The notes beneath the pieces are model-generated. The model did not search any database, had not been told where the DNA came from, and saw only the letters and a list, made by a program, of their open reading frames with translations. Of a DNA stretch of 64,000 nucleotides, positions 14,501 through 25,100 are shown in pieces. Origin of the DNA: Octopus bimaculoides (taxonomy: Eukaryota); NCBI RefSeq assembly GCF_001194135.2, contig NC_069002.1, positions 37,052,886 through 37,116,885 of the forward strand, given 5' to 3'. A program made the translations under genes and the position numbers. The first letter of the stretch is position 1. Every line of letters begins with the position of its first letter.

Positions 14501-16301
14501 TTGGCATCCAAGTGCCGGCATCACTCACTGGCACAAGTGCCTCATAGGTGTCACTCACTGGCACAAGCACCTCATAGGCGTCACTCACTGGCACAGGCGC
14601 CTCATAGGGAAGTTGTGGAAGAGGGAGACAAGGAAGACATGGAATGAAGTATTGAAGTCCAATCTCAAGACACTGAATTTTATGAAGAAGATGACAGAGA
14701 GGACTGAGATATGTGGTGCATTGCTATATTCGAGAAGACCTGTCCACTGCAACAGAATTGAGATCCGAAAACCAAGGTGCCACATAAAAAGCATTGGTGT
14801 GGGTGCTGGTGTCACATAGAAAGTACTCAATACACTTTGTAGAGTGGTCGGCATTAGGAAGGGTATTATTGCCCAGCCTATTCTCTTATTCTAGCAGCTA
14901 CGCTCTCAGAGCATCCGTCCCTGCTACTGACTTGGTCACCTAGGTAACGGAAGCTAACAACTACTTCAAGTTTTTTCCCTTAGCATGTGATGGAATCAGT
15001 TTTCTGTACATCTTCAGTGTTTATTGCCCCAGTGCATCTGCCACACACAAAAACTATCTTCCTAATTAACCATCCTTTGATATTGCTACACCTCTTATGT
15101 GTCCATAGCGTACACCAGGTACATCTTATGGAGTTTCTAACTATGCCTTTTCTACAGGTGGAGCAGGGCCATCTACCTGAAGGGGTTTTTGATTTGTCCG
15201 CTTCTCACATTTTGATAATTAGCTATTATTAGGAATTGTGTAAAAAAAAAATTTGAAATATTTTATGCACTGTAGAAGTATAACCTGTACTGCACATAAA
15301 TTTTAGCAACAAAATCTTCTGTGGAACCCCAGGGGCCATATGGACCCTGGTTTGAGATGCACTGATTAAGATATTTTGATAACTAAAGCAGTAAAATTTA
15401 CCTGCTGTAGGTTGTGACAGGGAATCCTGAAATGAGAAATTGTAAAACATATTTAATGTAAGAAGGAAAACAAACATGAAAAGAATAAAGGAAAATTGAA
15501 GATGGTGTCTGTAATTTTATGTCGGTGTGGTTGTGTGGTAAGAAGCTTGCTTCCTAACCACATGGTTCTGAGTGGATTTGGTTGACAAACTGAAAGTAGC
15601 CCACCATGTATATATACGTGTATGTGTCTGTCTGTCTGTCTCTGTCCTGCACCACCATTCTACAACCAGTGTTGGTGTGTTTATGTACCTGTAACTTAGC
15701 AGTTTGGCAAAAGAAGCCAATACAAAACTAAGAATCCAGTGCAAGTTATTTTTAAATAACAAAAAAAAAAAAAAAAGAAAATTCTATGCAGACATTGTTA
15801 AGAAGTTTGCTTCCCAACCACGTTGTTTTAGGATCAGTCCTACTTTGGAGAGGTGTCTTCTAATATAGCCCCAGGCTGACCAAAGCCTTGTGAGTAGATT
15901 TAGTAGGCAGAAACTGAAAGAAAAGTGTGTGCGTTAAACTTAAAGGTACAAAAAGGGAAATTTGCATAGAAGAATTTGGTTCAAGATACAAAATAATCTT
16001 GAAATGATTGAAGTTGCATATCGTCACACACAACAAAAGCTTCAGTTTACTTACACAGATCATTGTTGAATGATTGGTTGTAGTAGCGGACATCAAAGCA
16101 TCATCATCGCTTAGATCATAAATATCTGCAATACGCAAAGATGTTATGCAAGAGTAGTTTTTTCATGGAGGACAAGAGACAGAGTTTAAATCTTGAAGCT
16201 GAACAGATAAGCAATGCATATTCAAAATGTCCTCCTTTTAAGAGATACTTACATGTAGATTCCATTCTGTTAGCTGTATATCTTGAACCAAAGTTTGGCA
16301 T
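7008..16301 (-). CDS. RNF4-like SUMO-targeted RING (C3HC4) E3 ubiquitin ligase, ~206 aa, 11 coding exons
   Basis: Exons 16301-16253, 16125-16055, 15426-15402, 14163-14099, 13782-13758, 13072-13005, 11740-11719, 10841-10807, 9107-9058, 8290-8230 and 7157-7008 are all GT-AG and phase-consistent (621 nt). SIM-like motifs are IYDLSDDD, ITICD and PILIPDE. The RING CPLC...CGHIFCEMC...CPVC ends in a hydrophobic tail LIHLFL*, as in RNF4. Orthology to RNF4 is inferred from architecture only. Confidence 0.8.
7895..8140 (+). mobile_element. RTE-like LINE RT C-terminal fragment
   Basis: Translation reads WSYGHVIRMLQERIKRQILQAEPNGR..GRPRLRWLDNI (frameshifted). Confidence 0.7.
9654..10265 (-). mobile_element. 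Mariner (DD34D-type) transposase 3' fragment with one TIR
   Basis: ORF 9781-10218 has KVMASVFWDAKG...ILFHQDNAPA, continuing KKCVDHKGNYVEK*. A TIR-like TATGAGGGTCAGCTGAAAAGT lies at ~9654. Frameshifts and stops are present. Confidence 0.88.
10926..11287 (-). mobile_element. tRNA-derived octopus SINE, near full length
   Basis: Head GGTGCAGGAGTGGCTGTGTGGTAAG, body GCCTTCTCAGTGGATTTGGTAGATGGTAACTGAAAGAAGCCC. Related copies lie at ~1110, 3740, 9380, 15520, 31560, 37720, 50905, 51490, 54660 and 60740. Confidence 0.85.
13383..13617 (-). mobile_element. Nin/Deu-domain-like SINE, full length, nested in another SINE
   Basis: A tRNA-like head GGCGGAGAGCTGGCAGAATCGTTAGC is followed by TTTCATCCTTTTGGGGTCGATAAATTAAGTACCAG. 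Related copies lie at ~31150, 35230, 39705-40330, 53425 and 62710. Confidence 0.85.
14520..14870 (+). mobile_element. RTE LINE 3' end with three 30-bp tandem repeats
   Basis: TCACTCACTGGCACAAG.. occurs 3 times, followed by RKTWNEVLKSNLKTLN and the tail shared with other copies in the window. Confidence 0.7.
14880..15190 (-). mobile_element. RTE-type LINE fragment carrying a PHD-like C4HC3 finger
   Basis: Translation reads GRWPCSTCRKGIVRNSIRCTWCTLWTHKRCSNIKGWLIRKIVFVCGRC...LEVVVSFRYLGDQVS, with one in-frame stop. Confidence 0.75.
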
Positions 16302-16937
16302 TGTATGAAGAACTGCCTAAGTTGATGAGTCAATGGCTCTCTGAATAAGAAGAAAATAACCTTTTGACATACAGATTACTTGGTCAAATTTAATGCTTAT
16401 TTATTGTTTTAAATTAACCCTGCATTATGCCCCAGCTTTGAGAATTTGGTGATGTAACTTAATTTCTACAATGTCATTGTGGAGTTTGAACAAAAAATAT
16501 TTAGAATATTTTGGCTAGATATGGTCAGTTTAAATGCTAAAGAGGTAAATAATTCCTGGCATAATGTCACAAACTTCTAAGTGATAAACATAGAATTGAT
16601 AACTCTTTTCATACAAACTCATCCAAAGCTGCCATTGTTTCTACAATAAAATCTTCTTAGTTTAAAGTGACCTGAATTTAAAAATCTTTTATCAAAATTT
16701 CATGTTAATTTGTTGCAAACACCAGCTTAAATTCTTTTTCTTAAAAATTAATTGGAACAAACATAGGAATGTGAGAAGAAAAGGGTTATTCAACCCAACA
16801 CCTGACTTTGAACTTATTTTAGACAAAACTTGCAAAGAACATTTATTTCTTGCAATGCTATCGCTTATCAGTTTTACATCCCTTTTCCCATGCTTGTATG
16901 AGATAGACAGGTCCTCTCCAACACAGCATCCCACCAT

Positions 16938-16985
16938 AACCCTAAAACCCTAAACTTAACCCTAAAACCCTAACCCTGACCCTAG
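16938..16985 (-). repeat. Degenerate telomere-like (TTAGGG)n tract
   Basis: Six GGG tracts lie on the minus strand. Confidence 0.7.
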
Positions 16986-18238
16986 TGAAAATCGTGCGGG
17001 TGTTAATCTGAAAAATTACCGTATTGAGTGGTGTTTCTCAAGTTTGTAATACCCGAAACCCACAAATATTCGAAATGAGGGTGATTACATGTGTAAACGG
17101 ACAGAAATACTACAAAACAAAATTTACCATTATGCTGTGTCTGGGGGGAGAGCTATACTGTCTTAATGCCTTATTATCGAACATACACACACTGGTTCGA
17201 TTTCCACTCGTTTATTATTTATATTTTGTCTTCCAAAATTTTCGTTGCCTTTTGCAAGAGTCAACATCCATTCTTCTTGGTCATATATAGAGCAATATAT
17301 TCCTAGAATTTATTATTTTATCTAATTCGAGGAGAGAACAAAGTAAAATCTTCGCAAAAAGAAACCCCCAAACGAACAACAACGCCGAAAAAGGTCCATG
17401 CCTGACCACTGCAGGACTTCTTTACAAGAATAATAAGAATTTTAGAAGAAGTAAAAATAATAGATATTGCTAAACAAGGTAAAGGTGGACCGGTAAACAC
17501 GAAGATTCCTATATTTCTGAGAATGAAGGGAGTTTAAAACGAATGTCCCAAAGAACACAACAAAATAAACGTGTGTATTTTAATCCCAGCTTCAGACTAA
17601 AAGCAATTTGTAAATAAATACAAGGATGGTGGACCCACGGAATTCATTATGATCCCTTCCACAAAGACCTGGCAAAGTGAGATAGAAGGTCTTCTTAAAA
17701 TGCCAATATATAAGTGATAAAGCAACCACGATGTGAATGGAATTATAAACACAAAACTTTTAAGTATTCCAGACATAACATGATCAAACATATTTCACTC
17801 GGTGCCAAGAGCTGTTATAAATTTCTCCCTTAAATAAACTAATAAAAAAAGAAATTACTAAACAATTAATTTCCTCTGTCCCTACCTGCTTTGCTCCAGA
17901 AAAGTTTCTGACAGAACAAATTATTCTAAGACAATAAAATTAGAAACATATAATTCAAATAGTTAAAACAAATAATTCAATCCAAAGAAATACCAAGACA
18001 TTTCCAGAACATTACAACTTTTTGTATAATCCATTTGAAAAGAATTCGGCAAACATTCTGCCGAATGAAATATATTTCTAAGTAAATATGATTTATAATA
18101 ATGAAATATAATACTTACACGACTTTCAAAAGTGTTATTTTTGCTGCAAATGTCCGTTAGAAGTGAAAACAGCTCTAATAATGAACGTTCCCAGAGCGAA
18201 AGCCGGTCATGAAGTTCAAGTCCCGCATGAAGTCAGTT

Positions 18239-18251
18239 CCTTTTATATACC
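18239..18251 (-). promoter_or_regulatory. TATA box, candidate promoter of the RNF4-like gene
   Basis: Minus strand reads GGTATATAAAAGG. About 100 nt of CpG-containing sequence follows the expected TSS (~18215) and ends in a strong donor GT|GTAAGT after 18119. Confidence 0.5.
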
Positions 18252-21200
18252 TGGCAAAAATTGTCTGTGTGTGTGTGTCTGTGTCTGTGTGTGTGGGGGG
18301 GTGATACAAACAAGAAAAATAGACTCAAAATATGAGTATATTATGATAGTGTGCGCGTGTGAAGTAGAGTGTGTGTTTGAATATGTAAGTGTCTGTATGT
18401 TTTTGTATGTATGTGTATGTGTACGTTTCATGTGTGTATACATATGTATGTGTATATGATCAGCAGATGAGATCCAGAGGTTCTCAGTAGAGAAGACATT
18501 TTGTAGTGTACAAATGCTTCTTAGATTCTTATCCAGCCAAAATATTCAACTTGTTTTATGTTCAAACCAGCCCGTTCCAGCCTATCACACCTACCCAACA
18601 ATGTCATTCTAAAAATAACAATCACATCATGAACATTTTGAAGCTACAAGATAATACATGATTAATTCAAAACTAAGTGAATGAATAAACATTACATTTG
18701 ATAGAATCTGAATGCTAAAGGGTTAGAGAACAACAAGTGACGAGAATATTGTGGTGGTGCTTAGGGGTGGAGGAATTTTCACTGGCATCAATCAATATGA
18801 CCACCATTGTGGCACAGCTGATGTCTTTTGTTCAAGTGGCAAAAGACTTCCCCAAGTGAAGATTTAAACTCAGTAATTAAGGAATACTAATAATTAAAAT
18901 ATCAGTCAATTGTATTGTTTCCTAATCCCTAGCTATTTACGGAAGGGAGCTGTAACTACCCATAATACCTATTAACAGAAAGATGTACTGAGGGAGCAAG
19001 AGTTAAGCCTTTTGTTAGCATATTTCTGTTAAAACACACTGCTTACCATCCCATTTTGCATTCTCTTCTCCTGTATCTTGAGGATATGCCCTGGCACTTC
19101 ACCATCATCTTTCTCTCACCCTTCTCTCTCTTGCACTTTCACATTTCAGAGGAAAATTTGTGATTTAAAGGAGATCTGGCTGTTGTTTCTAGCACATCCC
19201 AAAACCTCCCTCCTCATTTCTTTCTCACTCACACATCTATTGATATTTTTCAATATTTTTCTCCCCATAAACAAATTTCATGGAATGATGATGTCATGCG
19301 TAGTCCCCCAACTGAGTGAAGCCATGTTATGTGTGTAAGAAAAGAAAAAAAAACCTATTAAGGTTCAAGAGGGGTGTCCACAATATTTGCTTGTAAATTT
19401 TTTACATACAGACTTGAAATTTTGTCAGTGGATGCTTTATATACCACTGGCTTATAGTTATGTAATTTTAGCTGATCTTGCTGAGTAAATTTGATTTTTA
19501 TGGGCAGGTAAATTTAATTAACAGGTGTAAAAGCAATAACATTATGGATAAATACTAAAACTGAAATTCTTAAAGCATCTTACCTGTTTGATTTGTTACG
19601 AAAATTATCCCAGATGGCAACCGACAAAAATCTTGCCACTTTTCAAGATGAAGCACATTAATTTGAATTAATTAAAATACAGGTTTAATCGGTACAAGAT
19701 TTTATTTTTTCAGTAAATATTTCATACCTCGGTGTAGAATATTTTTTTTCCACAGTTTTTTTTTTCAGGTTCATTCAATGCATCTGACCTCTAAACCCGC
19801 CGCAAGCCACTTTTTCTGGGGAAGAAAGGTGAGAGGGGTGATGGGGACTTCAAAGTTTCCCACCAAGGGAGTTTTGTTTTGCGGATCTTTTTTTTCTTTT
19901 CCAGGTTATTTTGCATGCTTTCAACAAATGTGACATCGAAATCACGCGTAAATGGTTTCTTTTTCCAGAAAAGGAAAGATTTGGCAGCTATTTCTAGCAT
20001 GCCCTGCTACCATGTAACAGCTGTTTGCATTCACACTGAAATATTTACCAACTTTTTTCCTTCCATTTATTTTTTTCCCTTTATGGAAGTCAGAATTTTC
20101 TCTGTTGACTTCCTCAGTTAATTTTGCTTTTCTCCCAGTTCTGTGCTTTCTGGAAGAAAAGCCCTCACATTATCTCAAAGCTACAAGAATTCACTAACAT
20201 GATTTGTTTATTCTTTTAAAAGATTTCACAGAGGAATTAGATACAATGGCTTTTGGCCAGTTTAAACACTAAAGTGCAAGAACTATAAAATCAGCTTTTT
20301 TGGCCTTTTAAATGTTCACCGGTTTATATGAAATTGTTAGGTTAACAGACTTGAGTTAATGGAAGCTAAATGTAACTGAATTTCAACTATATATACATAT
20401 ATANNNNNNNNNNNNNNNNNNNNNNNNNNNNNNNNNNNNNNNNNNNNNNNNNNNNNNNNNNNNNNNNNNNNNNNNNNNNNNNNNNNNNNNNNNNNNNNNN
20501 NNNNNNNNNNNNNNNNNNNNNNNNNNNNNNNNNNNNNNNNNNNNNNNNNNNNNNNNNNNNNNNNNNNNNNNNNNNNNNNNNNNNNNNNNNNNNNNNNNNN
20601 NNNNNNNNNNNNNNNNNNNNNNNNNNNNNNNNNNNNNNNNNNNNNNNNNNNNNNNNNNNNNNNNNNNNNNNNNNNNNNNNNNNNNNNNNNNNNNNNNNNN
20701 NNNNNNNNNNNNNNNNNNNNNNNNNNNNNNNNNNNNNNNNNNNNNNNNNNNNNNNNNNNNNNNNNNNCGTGTGAGTGTTTACAGAAAGTGCGGGAATTTC
20801 GGAGATCCTTGAGTAGAAGCAAGTAAAAATGGAAATCTTTAGAGAGAGAGAGAGAGACCCCCCCCCCATATGCACACACGCACACAGACATGGCAAATGT
20901 GTGCAAGGGAGAGAACTGTTTTAGGGCGCGGCAATGTTTGTTTGAAGTCAGGTGACTCTTATTTACATCCACCATGTTGGTTGGATGAGAGGGAAGACGA
21001 TTGGAAGACGGTGTGTGTTTGTTTTGCTCTGGTCGTCGCCTTTCATCTGCTGTTTGCAAACGGAGCCGAAGTGACATCGCAGGTCACTTACGAAAGGGTT
21101 ACATTAAAGAAATAATCTCCACGAAAAGCTGCAAAGAAAAGAGCTGACAGCTGTTGAAATCGCAATTAAAACTTATAAAAAAAAAAAAGAAAGAAAAGCC

Positions 21201-21504
21201 TAAGAAAATGGCTTCCCAACGTTTTGAGATATGACGTGTCATAAAAGAGATTTAGATAGAGATATATATAGGTAAATATATATATGTTGTAAGAGTGGGG
21301 CCAAACAGACAAGTGTTTTGTCGTCGATTAGATCTCCTGTCTATGACAAGTTGCCTTTGTGTCGTGTTTTTTAAACTGGTCATTTGTGATGCGATAATGT
21401 ATGATTGCAATCGGCCTCGCTGAGAGCAACAACCTCCCCCAGAGCTTAACTTACGACCATAAACAAGGAGAATCAGAGAGAGAAACAGAGACAACCGATC
21501 AAAG

Positions 21505-22130
21505 ATGTGGGTACGGATAGTGTTGCTCATAATTTACATTGCCGTTCTGTTCGTCATAGCTCGTCTTTTGGAGACGTTTGCTTGGTATGATGCCGGTCTG
21601 CTTGCTCACCGTTTGCTCGACCCAATGACACTGTCCGTGAAGAAGCTGAAAGCACTTCTGGAGCAAAGAGGTGTCGGATACGAAGGCATCGTGGAGAAGA
21701 AAGAACTCACAGGTTTGGTAGAAGCCACAGGTAGGTTCGCATTCCTGCTTTGTAAACTCTTCTCTTCTCCTTTCCAATATAAACGCATTAATACGTGTGT
21801 CTGTGTGTATATATATATATATATTATATACACACAAGCACGCATAGATGCCTATGTTTGGGTTTTAATTGCTAGACATATCAATTAAACTAGTAAACTA
21901 ATTATGCTCTAGTGAACAAGAAACTTTAATCTATAGTTTTCACGTAGAGATTAATAACAGAGCTTTACTATGATTTTGTTTTTAGAGAAATATTTGTCAC
22001 ACATCGTAAATAACATGGTATTTGTAAAATTGAATTGTTTGTATTCGTTTGATGACAAGTTTTAGAATAAAACAAATATACCATGCCTTCCTATTTATGT
22101 ATATGTGTGTACACCACATAAGTTAGTGAT

Positions 22131-22197
<67 letters not shown>

Positions 22198-25100
22198 TAC
22201 ATATATATATATCACTAACTTATGTGGTGTACACAGATATATATATATATATATGTATGTATGTATTCAGTTTATTTACTGAAACAAAAGTTTACAAGAA
22301 CAAGTTAAAACTTGTAATTTTTGCAGCAGTTAATTAGCTAATTAACTAATTAGAAGTGGTAACCATTGTGTATACAACTGTTTCTTGGTTTAATTTTGTG
22401 TTGTTTTGATGTAAATTCTTTTGATAAAATTTTAATTTCTAAAACGTATTTCGCAAAGTGATTGTATGAACGAGATATGAAATACTCTAAGAGTTAAAAA
22501 GGAGAAACAAAAGTAATTCTGGAAAACTTCTTTGCCGTCAGCTGAAAGAATTCCCAATGATCTGCCAGAAATAGCAACCAAATCTCTCTCAAACCACATC
22601 CTACAACATTGAAAAGTGGGAATATTTAAGCTAAAATAATCCTAGATACCCCTTAATAATGACGGGGTGCTCTAAAGATGAAATGATTACAGGTGCACTT
22701 GGCAGGGAAATCTTTGAAAAGAAACAACTTTTTACGTTCGAAAAAAGACTTTGTTGTAATTAATGGTATAAGTGTGATCCATTTCTCCCCCCCTCCTTGT
22801 TTTCTCACAACTCCTGGAAAAATAGATTTGTTCAAATGAATTTTTTTTTTACAAATATGCTTCAGATTGTGGTTATATCGGAATTTGTTGTGAAAATATT
22901 TTTCCGTGTGTGAGGAGGGGAATTTCTGAAAAATTCACAAATCTTGGTTTTGCTTCCTCAATAATTTTCAGCAAAATAGGTGATTTTTTTAAAATGAAAT
23001 TTAATACAAATATCTTTGAGATAATGTTCGGGGGTCGCACATTTATGTAGCCATACCAATTAGCATGTCCCCTCGACTTTGTTTCCTCATAATTTCAGAA
23101 AAATGGATATTTTTTAAATAAAATTTTATACAAATACACTTCAGATGGTGCAAATTACAATTATTTCAGAATTTAATATGAAAAAACATTTCGTGGGTGG
23201 ATTGGGGAGTTTAGAAAAATTCACACGGGACGGCTTTGTTTCCTCATAACTTTAAGAAAAATGAGTATTTGTTTATGCAATTTTCTACAAATACCTTACG
23301 ATTATATCGGAATAAAGAAAAAAATTGATGGACTCGTACACATACATACTGACACATGACAATTTTCCTTCGAAATAAGTTTCATTTTGTAGATATGTGT
23401 CTACCTATGTGTGTGAGCTCACCTTTTTTTTCTGCTGTTTTTTGGGGGGGTTTTCCCCCTCCCCATCGTAAAATTTGAAATAATCGTAAAATTTGATATA
23501 ATCGTAATCTACACATTCTGAAAGTATTTGAATAATACCCATTCTTCTGAAGTTATGAGGAAACAAAGCCAACTCATGTGAATTTTCCGAAACTCCTCGC
23601 CCTACCCTCGGAAAAAATTTTTTTACCACAGATTTCGATATAATCGAAATCTACGACATTTTAAGCGTACTTGTAGAAAATTTCATTAAAAAATATCCAT
23701 TTTCCTGAAAATCATGAGGAAACAGAGTGGCGAGGGTAGAAGACTTGTGTGGGTATGCCACGTTTTGTTTGTTTTTCGCTGTCTTTTCTTTACAATGGTA
23801 AGGCATGAATATAAGAAGATTTACAGTAAATTTTTCAAGTAAAGGGACCACGTTGGCTCAGACCTTATTTGTAACCAAGGTGGCTGCATAATCAAGGTAG
23901 ATTACTCTGCATTAGTCAGTCCTGCCATTCTTTGCTTAGGAATGGTTTTGGCAAAAGAGGCAGGGTCTAAGTTCCAATACTGTCGGAATCAACTTTGTTT
24001 TCATCCCTCAATGAAATAAAGTAACTGTCAAGCACTAGAACCCACTTCACCAAAGTTTAGGCCATCTGCCTCTTCAAAGCAGCTTTTACTAAAAGTCATT
24101 TTGTTATAAAAGAAATGGTGTCTAAAATTTATATGTAAAACTAGCAAACGCACCCGTCCTTTGGACAGAGAATAGTTAAAGTTGGAAAAAAAATGAAACA
24201 ACTTTTTCTTTAAAATTGTAGGGTATATGATATGACACAGATTTAGCTACTGTTTTTAGCATGTAGAATAACTGCTTGTAGTTCTACTAGTTCTTATTGG
24301 ATAGTAGAACATGCATAAATAATGAGGATCACCTCTTCTTTTAGTAACTTGACACTGTTAGCCTAGTTTGTGTCCAGTCAGTTTCTGTGTCAAGCGTCTA
24401 CCAATATTTGTTTCTGGGTGATAGACTGTGGCAACAGGACTAATTTGATTTAGGCTTTTGTAGCAAGTCACAAAATGATTAGCCAACACCACCCTGCCAC
24501 CCTTAGTAAAGAAAAAAACAAATAACACCTTATTAAAAGAGATTTATGTATTTGCTATCTCATTGTAATCATCACCATTTTTATGACTGCTTTCCATGCT
24601 GGCATGTGTTGGCCAGAACAAAAATAGCCAATCTCAGTCGGTCCTTATTCAAAGCTATTGTTCTCGTAGATGGTTCAGAGAGTCACATCTTGCTTGTATG
24701 TTCCATTTTGAACATGGTGTCAACTGTTGGATATTGTTCTTAACATCAACCAGTTTGCAGATGGTACTAGAAAGGTTGTTTACCTTATGTCATCATAGGT
24801 GCAAAACAAAATGGTAAAAATAGCATTCACCAAAAAGTAGAGCAAAATATTATTTTACTGAAACCAAAACAAAAAGTTGTGATAAAAAAAAGAATTGTTT
24901 TATCACAACTCTCTGATGAATGGTCACGTGAAACTGAGCAGCAGTTGGCAAAAGTTTTTTTAGTTTTAATCGAATAGTCTATCATCATCATCATCATCAT
25001 CATCATTTAACATCCGTTGTCCATGCTGTCATGGGTTGGCATACTGGAAGGCTGCACCAGACTCCAGTCTGATTTGGCATGGTTTTCTACGGCTAGATGC

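Noticed and set aside
14520-14610. CRISPR-like array
   Set aside because: These are three contiguous 30-bp repeats without unique spacers, inside a LINE in a eukaryotic genome with no cas genes.
17128-17185. Coding first exon (MFDNKALRQ...M) for the RNF4-like gene
   Set aside because: Splicing to the next exon at 16340 gives an early stop. The ATG at 16301 gives a cleaner model, so this segment is treated as UTR/uORF.
20337-21077. Long ORF-track ORFs here and at 1374-1793, 44508-45036, 49178-49571 and 57556-57981
   Set aside because: They are artefacts of N gaps and TA/CA microsatellites.
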